Source of the DNA: Eledone cirrhosa | Taxonomy: Eukaryota | Length of the DNA: 64,000 nt | NCBI GenBank assembly: GCA_964016885.1 | Contig: OZ024742.1 | Location: 323,206,001-323,270,000, forward strand | Reading direction: 5' to 3' | Part shown: positions 1-14,205 of the stretch, in pieces | Layout of the letters: each line of letters begins with the position of its first letter | How positions within the stretch are numbered: the first letter of the stretch is position 1 | Program-made: the position numbers and the translations under genes | Notes under the pieces: model-generated | The model's input: the letters and a program-made list of their open reading frames with translations, nothing else | What the model was told of the DNA's origin: nothing | Database searches by the model: none

Positions 1-177
1 CTAAATCTACCAATAAATGTGTGTGTCAGGTCTATTATATAAATACGTATTTCTTTACATGTCTGAATTTATACAAATATATATATATATATGTATCTAT
101 TTATATACATTCAATGAGAGCGGTATGTGTTTACTATTGTTATTCCATTATTAATATGTTAGTTTATCTCGGTGTAC

Positions 178-265
178 CTTTCCATAACTCCACGTATTCC
201 GCCTCCTGTCCTCCATTTTGAATACCACGTGTTATCACATTTTGGGAGGTTCGTCTCTCGGCCAT
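178..265 (-). CDS. Candidate first coding exon of a divergent gene (MAERRTSQNVITRGIQNGGQEAEYVELWK)
   Basis: ATG in aagcATGG context, coding-like composition in an AT-rich background, and donor AAG|GTACAC at 178/177. Product not recognised. Confidence 0.4.
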
Positions 266-1339
266 GCTTTCTTTAAACTAACTATCACTGATTAAGGATG
301 GCACTAAGGTTTTCTTGATTATTTTAGCCTCCTTACCATCGAAATGGGACTGAATTTATATTCTATAGTGTTCGACAAGGGGTTTATTTAATTCCATAAT
401 CGGCCTAGTTGAGGTTAAATATATGGAATTCTGTCTGCAAATTGTCGCTCTCTCTTATTGAGTTTTTTTTTCTTTTAGTAAGTCGCTCGTGATATAAATT
501 GACATGTAGCCAAGTTATCGAGAAAATAATATATATTTATGTATTTTGATGGAGAAGTTTCTTTACACAATAATAATTCTGTTTTAAGTTTCCAAGATAT
601 TTAAAACGATTTTCGTGTCCGTATTTGTCCTTTCTATCTAAACAAAAGTGAAATTCAGCAATTACCCGTATTCTACTTTCCCATTAAAATTTAAATTTAC
701 TATAATAAATATATATTTTAAATTATTCAAATTTTTCCTTAATTACTTTCGTTTTTTGTTTGTTTTTTTTTCGTGATTATAGATCGATCAACCGTATTTC
801 TATGGAAACTCTATCAAAATTAATCTCTCCATATATGTATGAGAGATATTTACGTTATAGCTATCTATATAATTTCATTGTTGATTTTGGTATAACATAA
901 AGCTCTTGATAATTTCTTTTACACGAAGGGTCAGCCCAGGAACGCTAGATTTTTCCCCTTCTCCCCCACGATGTAATAAACTCATCCAAATCCATACATT
1001 CCACTGGCTACGTTCGTTTCATTTTATATATGAAGCGCGCGCGCATACATAGTTAGCTCTAGCTATTTCAGCCTGTTGGTTTCGTATGATATATACTAAA
1101 TTAATCTCTAAATAAATACTATTTGGGCTGTTCGTGTAAATATATATGTATATATATATATATACTAAAAACTTCTATATATATATATATATATATATGA
1201 AAGCTTTTAGTGGTGAGATTAAAAAGGGAATTAACAATCGATCGGTCTTGTAGCAATGACATTGACAGTGGATTTTCTGTTAATGTTTACTTTCCCAGTA
1301 AACATTACCAAAAAAAAAGAACCATCCTTTCTTGCCCCT

Positions 1340-1495
1340 TTTTTGAACGTAGCAGCGGCCATGGTTTTATTTATTTTTTTTTCATAATCTCTCATTGGCA
1401 ATATGGCGGCCCTGTCACGTGACTCTGGTCTATTTCGTCCTAAACACCGTCTAAACAATTTGAAAAAGCATGCTTTTTTTTTTTTTTTTCATTTG
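1340..1495. promoter_or_regulatory. Promoter-like cluster: CCAAT box, YY1 motif and palindromic E-box/CLEAR-like element
   Basis: ATTGG 1394-1398, CAATATGGCGGC 1399-1410 and GTCACGTGAC 1414-1423, in a locally CpG-rich, TE-free region. Confidence 0.6.
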
Positions 1496-3217
1496 GGGCG
1501 AAGGAGGCAGAAACACGGTGCGTGTTTATACATAAATCATGTAGTCGGAAGAAGTAATAGCTGAAACCTCTAAGTTACTACCAGCTTTTCTTCAGAAAAT
1601 ATATCTTACATTGCCCACATGTACTGAGTGCTCATTCAGTTAATGTATGTATATATATACATATATATAAATATATGTGCCCTTTTTAAACCCCCTCATA
1701 CGACACGCACGAATACAGTACACCTATCCTAAGAACTGAGAAGAAAAATTATATATATAATTTTTCTCTTTGAAGAATCTTGTGCAAGGACGAGCCATCA
1801 AGAGAGTCCTTACATGGTCGTTCGACCTGCTAGAAATAGTAATCGAATACCCATCAATACACCCTCTCCGTCATTAGTATAGTATACATTTGGACAGTAG
1901 TTATACCATGTTATCATTACAAAAGGATGATGCGACTGGAATGTAGGTTTGCGCGGTCATGGTTCACTTGGGTTTGAACAGTATCCTAACGTAAATATTT
2001 TATCTCTTGATATGAAGGGTCCTGTCTTAAACAGATTTTTCTTCCTAGGCTAATTTGTCCCACTTGGTGAAGTTTCTGTATATACCGTTTGCCGACGAAC
2101 AGCCATCATTAATTTACTCAGATTCTTGTTTCACTGAAATGTAGGCCGAGCCGACGTAAAAACATTTGCACGGTCGCACTAACTGCTAGAAAGAGCAACC
2201 AAAATCTTCAAAACACCCTTAACGTGTTATTAGGTTGATATCTCAACAGAAGCAACCATCACTAATTTACTCGGTTTCTGTGTTTCACATTAATGTAAGG
2301 TGAACTAATGAGAACCTCAACAGTTCTTGCAATACTCTCAAATCACACCCCATGTCTTTAAATAATCAGAAATATTCTTGCGTTGCAAGTCAGTTTGCAG
2401 GAGCAATGTTGACCTGGAGAATAAAAAAACATATTGGTGGTTACTTCAGTTAACGTTAACCTTTTGAATTTCAAGGGGGATGAAAGAAATGCAAGGTCAA
2501 TTCCTTGCCCGCAGTGATCACCACATTTATTGCGTCAGAGGCTCTGATTGATTTTTTTTTTTCCTTCTCTTTCTCTTTCGTTCATGTACACACTTGCTGC
2601 CCTTTCCCACATGAGAGTTATACATATCTATTACTTGCTATTAGATCCTCGAATATCCCTTTTTGTCTTCAGGTTTATCACTCGTGATTCACTATTATGG
2701 CAATTATTACCATTGTTTTCACGTCTCCGTTTTTCAATGCTAGTATGGGTTTAGCAGAACTGTTTTTTGCTGTTTGATGCCGTTCTTGACGTCAACCCTC
2801 GGACATTACACATTTCTTTAAGTATTGTCATTATTTTCAACCTTTTGGTGTTTACCTAAATACACCAAAATATGGTATAATTAAGGAGTGTATGTTGTTT
2901 AACCCTACTCAGGACAATATTGATTTATCAGACAATGTAATCAAAATCGTACATTGTGTATCTAGGAAAACATTCAGTGTGTCATTTTCGTTTTCAGGAC
3001 AAGGTGTCATTTCTGTGTAATTTGGTTCGTGTGCTATGGCCTATTTATTTGCAGGTGTGTACACGTTTGTGTGATGGTGTATGTGATATGCCTCAATGGA
3101 TGTTTAAGTAAATATAAGACACGAGACAATTTCATTTTCCTGCTGGCACCATTTTACATACGACGTTAGTGTCCTTTGGTATGACACGAATCTTTACACA
3201 CACCGCCACCACCACCA

Positions 3218-3251
<34 letters not shown>

Positions 3252-3629
3252 ATCATAATCATCATTATATATGTATATATATATATATATATACACATAC
3301 ATATACACACGGAAAGAGGTAGCATGGGAAATACAAAATACCATGAATTAGAGAAAAATAGAAGAATAATATTTATTCAAAACTGAGTTTTCGAAGGTAG
3401 CTACTCAGAGTTGCCCGTTACCGATATTAGTGTGCCGTCATCATAAATGACACACATATCTGTATAATCGTTATGTAATATATTTTATATAACACACACA
3501 CACACACAATATGTATATACATGCATACATCAGGCAGTTTAATATATTTTGTTTTGAAAGTCTAATTTATTTTTATTCGTTCCTAATTAATAAAACAGTC
3601 ACTGATTGTAATTAACTCTTTTTTAAATA

Positions 3630-3780
3630 ATTGCTTCTGATTGGGTCGCAAGTATCATGTATAACTTGCCATTTTAATATAGGCAAGGGTCGTGTTTTTC
3701 GTACTCGTCCTACAAGAATGTTAAAATGCTCGCTGGCTAACCGATTTTCTTTTTTTTTTTTTTTTTTCGGGAAGGTCGGT
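3630..3780 (+). promoter_or_regulatory. Second promoter-like region and candidate LARP1 first exon
   Basis: ATTGG 3640-3644, GCCATTTT 3668-3675, several CpGs, pyrimidine tract 3745-3768 and possible donor AAG|GTCGGT at 3774/3775. Confidence 0.35.
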
Positions 3781-5081
3781 TAATGGTGAAGAGGAAGAAT
3801 GTTGCGGGTTGCCTTAAAACGGGTACTTTTGTTGGTTCTTAAGAATAAACAGCTATATATATGTGTGTGTGTATAAACACACTTGTATAGCTGTTTGTGT
3901 GTAGTATTTATTTAAAGAGTAGTGTCCCATTTCCACCCTACACATTATTTCTATCTGCCGTTACTACTTACTGAATCAGCTGTTTAATATATCGTGGCAT
4001 CATATCACATATGGCTAGCTGTTAAGGACTGGTTAATGGAAGTTAGTGGGTTTAGTCCTACACTGCTTTTACCCTAATAAACAGTACTTAGCTTGTATAA
4101 TTCTACCATGTCAGTCAGCCAGTGGCAGCAGTTCGTGCTAGTAAGCTAGAATATATTTTACGTGTCTTCATATAAATAGTTTATGTAATTTGGTGCTACT
4201 AGGCAATATATAAGTTGCACAAGACCTAAAATTACATGCAATGTCGTGTATTTATATATTATACTAAGTATAAAGTGTGGGAGTTCTAAACACGTTATTG
4301 TGTTCGTGTTGTCTGTACCCCATTCTTGTGTGCATTTCAACATTTTTACTTTTAAAAATGGTAGTGATAGTGACAATAAAATACACCTAGTACACCTTTT
4401 TGAGGATCAGCTGGTATTCCATGACTTCATCTTTTGTTACATTTTTACCAACTGTATGATCCACCATACACATCCTCACATATGCATCTACTTTTCAGTT
4501 GGAATGGGATGGATGAGACTTTTTGAGGCAGATTTTCTCCAGCCAGATACCCTTATTGATTCCAATCCATGCTATATTTTTTTAAGTATGGTATATACTT
4601 TAGTTTTCCTCTACCAAATTCACCAATGTGATATTGGTCAGTCAAAGGCTATAGTAGAATAAACTTGCTCTAGGTGTCACAGTAAAATCAAACTTCAAAC
4701 CACATGGTTGCAAAGCAAATGTATTAACCAAAGCTGTGCCTGCATCCGTCTTTGTTGTCATACATATTTTTCATGTTGGCATTGGTTGGACAGGTCTTCA
4801 TGGTCCAAGACTAGATGAGTTGGAGAACCATGTCTTGCTCAACATGTTCCATATTTTTGACATGGATAGAAATCTGAATACAGATTAGTTTAGTTTACCC
4901 TCCACTTCTGCATGTCTAAAATTCCCTGTATATTCTTGTCTGTGTGTTAATGTGACTGTGACTTATTTTTCATTTAGTAACATCTGCTTTTTTTCTCATA
5001 CTTCAAATGTTTGATCAACATGAACTGGGGCATGATAAAAGACCCCCCCCCCCCTGTACAGGCTTAGCTCTATATATACAC

Positions 5082-5120
<39 letters not shown>

Positions 5121-5949
5121 CTGCCCACATTGTACAGTTGTTGTCTGGTTGGTGTTAGGAAGGGCATTCAGTCATAGAAATCTAGCCAAAAACAGTCATA
5201 TGAGCAAGACATGGTCACCTGACCCAACTTGCCTCTGTGACAAACCCGTCTAACCCATGCTAGCGTGGAAAATAGATGTTAAACGAGGGTGATGTTTATA
5301 TATATACATACATACATACATACTATGGATTCTCAACCGAGCTGGGAAAGAATTGTGTATATATATCAAAATACCCAACTATAACTGATTACAAATTAAG
5401 TTTACAAAAAAGTTAAAATTCTGCTTCAGGCTTTCCCATTTAGGACTATATAACTATTGAGGTTTGAAAAACTTATCTCAATGGAAAATACTAGATGACA
5501 ATTTAAAAAGGGGAGGAATGTGACGTGTCTTTGAGAACCACTGATATACACGCATATTCCTATGTACATATGGGTAAATTTACACTGGATGACTGCTCTG
5601 AGTTCAAATTCTATTCAAAACAAATGCGTGCGAAGTTGAGGTAGTCCTTGAAGTGATTGCTCGAGATGCTAGAAATAGCAGTCAATTCTTCATCATACCC
5701 TGCTGTCTTAAAATAAGGACCAGTGCATTGAAAGTTTATCCTGGCATTAAACGTCATAATTTAATGTGGTAGTGGAGGGATCATTGGGCAATGTGAGAGA
5801 TAGTAGCTACTTGAGTGTGATAGTGAAAATATCTAAAGGCTTAGAGGGGGAGGTTAAGATGTGATAGTCGGAGGGTAGAATGGGGGTGCAATTTGTCGTC
5901 TCTGTTGTGAAGTTCAGCTTCTTAAGGTTGGTCTTCACTACCTCATCCT

Positions 5950-6790
5950 AAGTCTTTCTCGTCTGTCACTTCTATATGTATCTAGTGTCCATACCAATGC
6001 ATTCTTTCTCTTATGCTGAGTCTTTTCTCAGCTCGCTTATGCTACTTTGTTCATGCACACTAACATTACACATCTCTCAGAGCATACTTCATTTGTTTCT
6101 AGCTTTTGCAGTTAGCATGCAGGCATTGTAGAGTTTGCCCTTCACTCTGAGAGAGAAACCCTTTGTCAGCAGAGGTAACAGCTCACCAAACTTCTTCTAG
6201 CCTCTTCTTATCCTGGCTATGACACTTTCAGAGGATCCTCCCACACTGCTGAATAAGTCACCTAGGTAACAAAAGTTGTCAACAACTTTCTAAGGAACCT
6301 CCCTGTCAACTGAGGGTATCAATTTTACGTGCTCTCAGTGCTTCTGTGTATCTGCTACATACAAAGTTTATTAAGCAGTCTATGATTTCACTACATCACA
6401 CATGCATTCATAGATTACAGTATGTGCACCCTATGGAATTTCTGCCCAGTCCTTTCTGACATTAATCAAGGTCACTTCATTAAAGGTATCGGTCACCTGT
6501 CTGCTTTCCTACTAGTTAAGACTTTTGTCTTTAAGTTTTTAGGCATTTCAACTCTGTGTTTTTCTATTATGCTCAGAATTTTGCCTTTAATTCTCACATG
6601 GATTTAGTTATAAAGACTAGATTATTGTATACAGGATTTCCCATGGGGTGCTAGTGTTAAACTCCTTAGTGATGGAATGAGGACTGTGCCCCTGTGGTCT
6701 TCAACCTGCATGGTCCTCACAAGCCTTTCTTCATCTAGATTTCTGTGTGCCCATCAGATTACAGAGCATGAATTTAATCTTTTCAATACC
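5950..6790 (-). mobile_element. Decayed RTE-clade LINE fragment
   Basis: The minus strand reads …KFGELLPLLT.GFSLRVKGKLY… and F.YLGD, which is the RTE C-terminal region. Confidence 0.7.
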
Positions 6791-6917
6791 AAACCACTTG
6801 ACTCCTCTTCAAATTATTGATTGAAAATGACAGGCTTTCATTAGAAATATGGTAATGAAAGTGTGAAAGTGTTTATATTTATCTAAATATTTTTCATCAT
6901 AATTTTATGTAAGGTCC

Positions 6918-6968
6918 TAAGCTGGTGTTTGGAACTTGAACTTAGTTGAAGTTCCAAACACCAGCTTA
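6918..6968. repeat. Perfect 20-bp inverted repeat (hairpin)
   Basis: TAAGCTGGTGTTTGGAACTT (6918-6937) and AAGTTCCAAACACCAGCTTA (6949-6968). Confidence 0.95.
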
Positions 6969-9900
6969 ATAATCATAGATGTCTTCATTAGAAAATATGG
7001 TAATGAAAGTTAATGATATATTTACAAACACTAATTTAACATTGTACTTAGATGTTTCTCTTCTACCTCCTTATTTTCAGTTTGGTAAGCATATAGGTAA
7101 AAGATAGCATACAAATATTAGCATTTACACACATACTTGTATAACATTCACATATATTTTATTCTATTTTGTTTCTATATTTCTAATGAAAGACGGTTTG
7201 ATTTTGAAATCATTTTCAAAATAATCTCGAATTTTAAATTATTTAGAAATATAACTAACTTTTTCCTTGCTTATCTAATGTTTGGAATATAACCTAACAT
7301 AGGATCTGATGGAATTCATATTAGTAATAAATTCTTCATTAATTAAGTGTTTCATGAGAAAATACTGCTGAAAGGGTTATTAGAGGTGAGTTAGTGTTTA
7401 AAAGGTCAAATATATCATGTTAAAATTATATTTTTATGTAGGTAGCCCAATATTTTGTTTTATAATTTATTTTTGGCTTTACGTTTATTGTTTTGTTTTT
7501 GTAGTTTATTTTGCTTTGTTGTCTTAATGAAACCACCTTCTTCCTTATTACCACACTAAGTACATTTTGTATTGCTGGATTTATTTTTAGTGAATTAGTA
7601 AGTCAGGATTGCTTTCTGTAACCAGTTCTATTGTTTTTGCTTTAATCAACAGCTCTGACATTAAGAATAGCAGCTAGTTAGCAATGGATTCTGTGAATTT
7701 TATTTGGTTTTGTTTTAGTCTGAGTGACATAAATAAGTGTGCAAGCAGAAAAACACCCAGATAAAATTAGATCAGTTATTTTGAATTGAATATGTGTGTG
7801 TGTGTCTATTTTTTTTGCATTGTTTTAATTTTAATTATATTTAACACTTTCATTACTATATTTCAAATGAAAGACACTGCCTGTATATGATTTTCAAATC
7901 ATTTGAAAATAAACAAAATGGGGGGATTTAGTAATATAATTTACTCATTATTAAGTCTGGTACTTGGAGTACAAATTGAAGGTTCTTACATGAAATTATG
8001 TTTTTAGATAAATAAAATAAAGTTTTGTATGAACAATTTCAAGAGGTTAAGTATTAAAAGGTGTTAAAGGTTATATTAATTGAATTCTTTTGGGGTATTA
8101 ACTTAATTTTATTTTATTTTGTTTTTGTTTTTGCTATTTAGTCTGAGAGGGCAGGGCAAGAGCATTTGAGACTGAAAGGCAGCTAATATCCCAAACTTCA
8201 GCTTAATTTATATTACTAAATCCCTCAAGATTTTTGATTATTTTCAAGATGATTTGAAAATCATAGGCAGTATTTTTCATTAAAAAGATGGTAATGAAAG
8301 GTTAAATATTCCTTTTACTTCTAGTAGAAAGGTTCATTTTTGTTGTATTGAAATTGGTATTTTCTGCTGCCTGATTCAATTGATTTCATACAGCACTGGC
8401 ATCAATCAATACATTATCATCTAAAATATAGACAAGCCAAATGATCAGCCAAAAACATCACATCTAACAAGCTTTAATCATATTAAACACTTCCCAATCA
8501 CCTGTTTCTCCAAAATTAGAACAGATGGTTGGCAGTCAGGAGAAATTGAAGGCTCATGGCCGAGTGGTTAGGGTGTTGAACTCCTGATCATAAGATCACG
8601 GGTTTGATTCTTGAACCAGGTAGCATGTTATGTTCTTGAGCAAGATGGTTCATTTCATGTTGCTTTTCATGATAGTTATCATTAAAACACGAGAAACCTA
8701 TGAGGTGCAATTTCATTTGGAGGCCAGCTAAACCTATATAATGGTGAGAAGTGGTTTTAATTATTTACCAGTGGTTAAAAGCCACAAACACAAAACAAAT
8801 ATTTTGATTAATGACATAGATGTTCATAATATTCATTTTACGATAGCTGAGGGAGAGGGGAGTTGACACCCATTGTTCTCAAGGCTTCCGACACTGGTAT
8901 GTTATGGTGGCATCTCATCTGATAGTTTTTTTGTTGTTTTTTTTATTCATGGGAACTGTTGTGAACCTGGAAGAAATACTGCGAGCCATTCAATTAAAAG
9001 TTTTCAGGGCAATAAATTGAGAATAAGCACCATCTTGATAAGACTCGAGGCTTGAGACACTTTGTTAGAAATATTGTTAACTGATCATTAGGTTTGTCTA
9101 GATTTTGTATGATGATAATGGATTGACTGATTGATGCCTATACTGTATGAAATCAATAAAACTAATTTCAGTGTAAAAATATTGGATCTACTTTGTTGAA
9201 GGTTTAATACTCCACTGATCTGTATGGTATTTGTTATGATTGATGATGGATCCTTTATTACTTTTGGCCATGAGCATTCATTTGTTTAATCAAACAAACA
9301 TCCAACTCATGAATGTGTAAGTTGCTGAGTATCCTACAGACGTGTGCACCCTTAATGTAATTTCCCAACCAAATCAGCATGACACAGTATGCGACAAGGC
9401 TAAACCTTTGATTTACATGTACCATCTATCATGTATTATAGTATAACTGGTTGAGTATTCCACAGATATGTGTATCCTTAATGTAAGTCCAAAGCTAAAT
9501 CAGCAGAACAATATGTTGTGACAAGCTGGACTTAGTTACCCTTTACCCAATTTCACTCACAGCTTGGGTTAACTGGTGGCTCTGGTAAAGACATTTGTCA
9601 AATATGTTACACAGTGGGATTGAACCTGGGATACATGATTACAAAGCAAACTTGTTGATCACTTGGCCATGCCTGTGTCCACTGTTTTTGATATATTAAG
9701 GTCATGGAGAGCATTTAAAACTGCTTCCTTCACACTTTCTGATGCCACAGGTTAGAATGTTTTGTGTGATGAGAGTTCACTGGTGATAGTTTGGTGGATT
9801 TACAATCTGAAATACATGAAAGCTATAATGAGTAGAAACAGTAAGCATAACAATTGAGATTTGGATAATATATGATATTGTAATTTTTAGTTCATGCAAT

Positions 9901-11054
9901 AATTGTTTTCTCAATCTCACTAGAGTCTTTGAAATGAGTAACAATAACTTTCTTTTCCTTTACAATTAACCCTGTATCTAGCATAATGATTATTGGAATT
10001 GATTTATATCATCATATTTTATGTTTTCCGTGCTAGCATTAGTGGATGGACTGTCACAGTTTGGGTCAGTTCTTATTCTAAGTTACTGGATTCCAAAACA
10101 GGCCAGAGGATCTTCTTTGTACCATTGCTAATATCATATACTTGACAGTAGCATATTGTGTGCATTTTATCATAGTACCCTTGAGGGGTTATCACAATGT
10201 GTGGATAAGTTATATTGTGAAACCAACACTATTGAGGTTGTCATGTATCTTGCAAAATTAGAGCACTCACTACTCAACATTGTTCCTGTTTATACAAGAG
10301 ACTGAATAGAAGAGAGTAATGACAACCACCAGGGTGAGTGGACAGAGTAATAAATAATGAGATGTTGTAATAAAATTAAGTGTTGCATATTGGATGGAAT
10401 GGCCGGCTAGTTTACCTTTTGGGTGCACTTGACAAATGGTGGGAACAAAGACACTCTTCAAGTCTTGTTAATGAGAGGGTTTTAATTAATAATTTTGTTA
10501 GCTTAGCCTTGATCAAGTGTCCATCTGTAACTGTTGTCTTTAGCATTATCTAATGATATGCATTATATTTTAATTAATTCATGAAGAATTCAGAGGGATT
10601 TATTAAAATTGTTTCATATATTTTGTATATAAAATTGTTAGGTTTAAATTGGACCCTTTGAAATGGGTGTTTTTGTTTCATAGAACCAGTTTTGTTCAGG
10701 TTGATATCAAAAGGGTTAAGTGGATAGATGCTGTATTGAAAAAGACCCGTCCAACTCATGCAAGCATGGAAAAGCAGATGTAAAATGATGATGATGATGA
10801 TTGAGTAAGATTTGGTTAATAGAGAAAATAATGTTAAAAATTCCTTTTGATTAGCACTTAAGACATTAGAACAATGCAATGGGAGTCACTTGGTTGGATC
10901 CTGTTATCCTGGTTCTGGGTCTTGTCAAAGGCCACTTAAATAAGATTTTCTATATGTTGATAGAATAGCTGTATATATAGCTCCTCACTTGCTAAATTTA
11001 AAATAATGCGATGTAATATTACATATGACAGGCCAATATATCTTTTGATAACTA

Positions 11055-11475
11055 TTGTATATACTCGTATATAAGCTGACAAAAAAAAAAGATGGTAAAA
11101 TGGGGTGGTCTACTTATATTTTGCAGATTTTCACCAACTTCATAATTCTATGTAAATGTGCTAAAATATTTTTGTTTTGGAAGTGAATATTACACCAGTT
11201 TCACTTTTGGCCTAAAATGAATAGAGCCTTCAAAATGGGTCAAAATTGGTAAAAAGTCATTGCGTAATGGAGTTATGAAACAAAAACTATACTCTGAACA
11301 ACACTTAAAACATTTTAAATATCAAAATATAACTTCATAAATATATTCTCCACTCATGAGAATTTCAAAATTACATCATTTAAAAACGTGTTGATTTCTT
11401 TATAAACGGAGTTTGGAATTTTGCCTGTTTCTTAAGCATAAAATTGGGGGATGTCATATATTAGAGTATATACAG
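11055..11475. mobile_element. pogo-type MITE
   Basis: TA-flanked imperfect TIRs (t/c)TGTATATACTC… / …GAGTATATACAG, resembling the TIRs of the 31751 element. Confidence 0.6.
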
Positions 11476-14205
11476 TAATGCTTTTATTACCAAATTGCCC
11501 CTGGTTCTGTGATAAAAGGTTTGAAAATATTTTGTCCCCCATCTTAATGTGGAGTTATATTAAGAAGTCTGTACACATTTTGGTTATTTTCAATTCATCA
11601 TCACTTTACATTCACTTTGTTCATTGGTTTGGTTTGGGCAGGTTGTCATGGTCTGAGATCAGACGGGTCAGTGTGACCAGTTTTCCTTGTTGCGTTCCAT
11701 ATTTGGCATGGTTTCTACGTTGGATGCCCTTCCTAATGCCAACCACATCACAGGGTTTACTGGTTGTGTTTTTTGTGATACCAGAACTGGAGAGGTTGTC
11801 ACATGTTAGGCCAGACTAAAGAGTTCTTATAAACTCTACATTGCTCTGTTTGATTGCCTTACATTGTATCCCTGTCACTACATTAGCTATTTGCTTATTA
11901 TTAGTTATTTGAAAATTATATGCAATGTCTTTTAGAAAAAGGTGATAAGAACTTGCTATGTTAGTATTGTTCCAGCAAATAGGTATATGTCTGAATTTTT
12001 GGGAACAATGGCTCTTTCTTATACATAACCAATTCCACTTTGAAATGTGATATTTTTCTTTGAGTTTAGTTATATATCTAGGAATGGTTACATCTCAACT
12101 TATCAGTTAAGATTCTTGAAAATATGTGTATGATTAGAGCCAGTGTCTTCATTAGTTGTTTATTTATTCTTGATATTGATTTCATTTTCGTTATATGGAA
12201 TACCCAGGCATCACTGGGCACCTCCTAGTATATGTATGTATATTTATATTTTTTTTTTAATAGAAATAACTCCTACAGAATTAGAACTGTTTCATTAATA
12301 TATTCTCCGTTCTCCCTGTATTTGATCCATGCATAAGTCATACGTTACTTTTCATAAATACTGTTTGTAACTTTGGCTGTGGTTGTGCTTAAATAAAAAG
12401 AAAATATTTAGCTAAAATGGTCACTGCTATTACCTATATACTCTAGCAAAGTACAAATGGGTGGATTCATACATTATTAGCAATGTGTTTTTACATCCAA
12501 AACATAGATTAACCAGTAATTTTAAACTGCCACTCCTACCTGATTAATAATTTCTCAAGTCAGCTCTGATTACAAAGAACCGATCAAAGACATTATTACA
12601 ACAGTGACTAACTCCTTTTCTCAATGTATGCCCTTCGATATATACACCTGATGTAGCATCAAATAGGCATTAGGATTACATCTGGCCAATAGAAAACTAT
12701 ACATATATATTTTACATTTATAGAAATCAGTTTTGTTTTTTGTGTGATCTATCTTTAAAATATATTTGTTTACAGCACCCACTTTAAAAAGGTTCTTAAA
12801 TTAAAATCTTCTAACATAAATCTATATAGAAACCATTTATGTTGCAAACACTATCTTAATGACATAATTAATAATTTTAGTAAATTCCTTATTAATCAAT
12901 TTCTAATGAAATATGGTCATGAAAGAGTTAAATAGGAACCCATTAAAATGGGCTGATTTTGTTTCATAGAACCAGGGGTTGGTTGGTATCAAAAGGTAGA
13001 AACAGGTAAGATCAAGAACATTGAGCTTTAGGTTGTAGTCGCCAAACCTATATAACAACCATCATGAAATTATTCAATGTTGTTATTAGCAACAATGTTT
13101 ACATATAAACTGTATATTATTGTTTTCTTTTAAGTATTGTTTATATTTTTTCCTCTATTTTTAGAAACGAAAGTTCAAGGTATGCTTCAATTTCATTTAA
13201 TTTTTTTATTGTATTTTTGGTGTTCCAAATTTTGTTTCTTTACTTTAGTTTTTATTTTCTGTTTAATTTTTACATGGAAAGAAAAATATTGATGTAACCT
13301 TCGTTATTTTTATCCTTGTCAGCCAAAGCCTCTTATCTTAGACTGATAGAAGGGATGGTGGAAGGTATTCTCAAACTGGAGACCTGTTCTAAATGCTTAC
13401 AGAATAAACTTCAATAAAGGCACGTGACTTAATGGTTTGGATGCTGGGCTTAGAATTTTAAGAGAGTGGGTTTTAATTCTTGGACTGGGCAATTCATGTA
13501 TATTCTTGAGCAAGACTCATTGCAGTTTTTCTTGATATGACTGGGGCCCCATATCAAAGTCCCAAGAAACCTATGAGATGCAAACTCGTATGAAGTCAGC
13601 TAAACCTGCATAGGTATAAGCTGTAAATTTCATTTTTCATTTTAAAGGCCATTAAGAACCAGATGGAGGTGTTAAACTGTGTGACGTGAAGCCTCTTGTT
13701 TGGCATGGTTTCTATGGCTGGATGCCCTTCTTATCATCAACCACTTAGCAGGAATTTACAAACTAAACAACATAACACAATTATAGTACTTTTAATCAGT
13801 TTACATTGTAACAACAACATCACTTAACTATAGTAATTAATTTTTAATCTCATTCTTATTTGGTTTCTCATAGATGAGTTAGTTCTGTATTCATTAAAGA
13901 TTAATTATAAATTGCTAAGATTTTATTATATCTAATCTCCAATAGATGCAGGCACGTGGCCTAGTGGTTATGGTGCTGGTCTTCGTGATCATAAGATTGT
14001 GGAGTCAATTCCTGGATTGGATGGCACATTGCAAGCAAGATGCTTTATCTCACATTCATTTTCATGATAGGCTCATTGTGAAAACTTTCAGCAAACTAAA
14101 GTAGCAACTTTAAATTTTAATGGGATGCAATCATTGTGCTGTTTTTTACTTTTCAAGAAAGTCCTGCATCAAAAGGGTTAAAGTTTATGTCTACCTTCTA
14201 TTTAA

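Noticed and set aside
13950-14030. tRNA genes (also ~8555, 29580, 62875)
   Set aside because: A/B-box-like heads continue into SINE bodies and are too degenerate for a cloverleaf.
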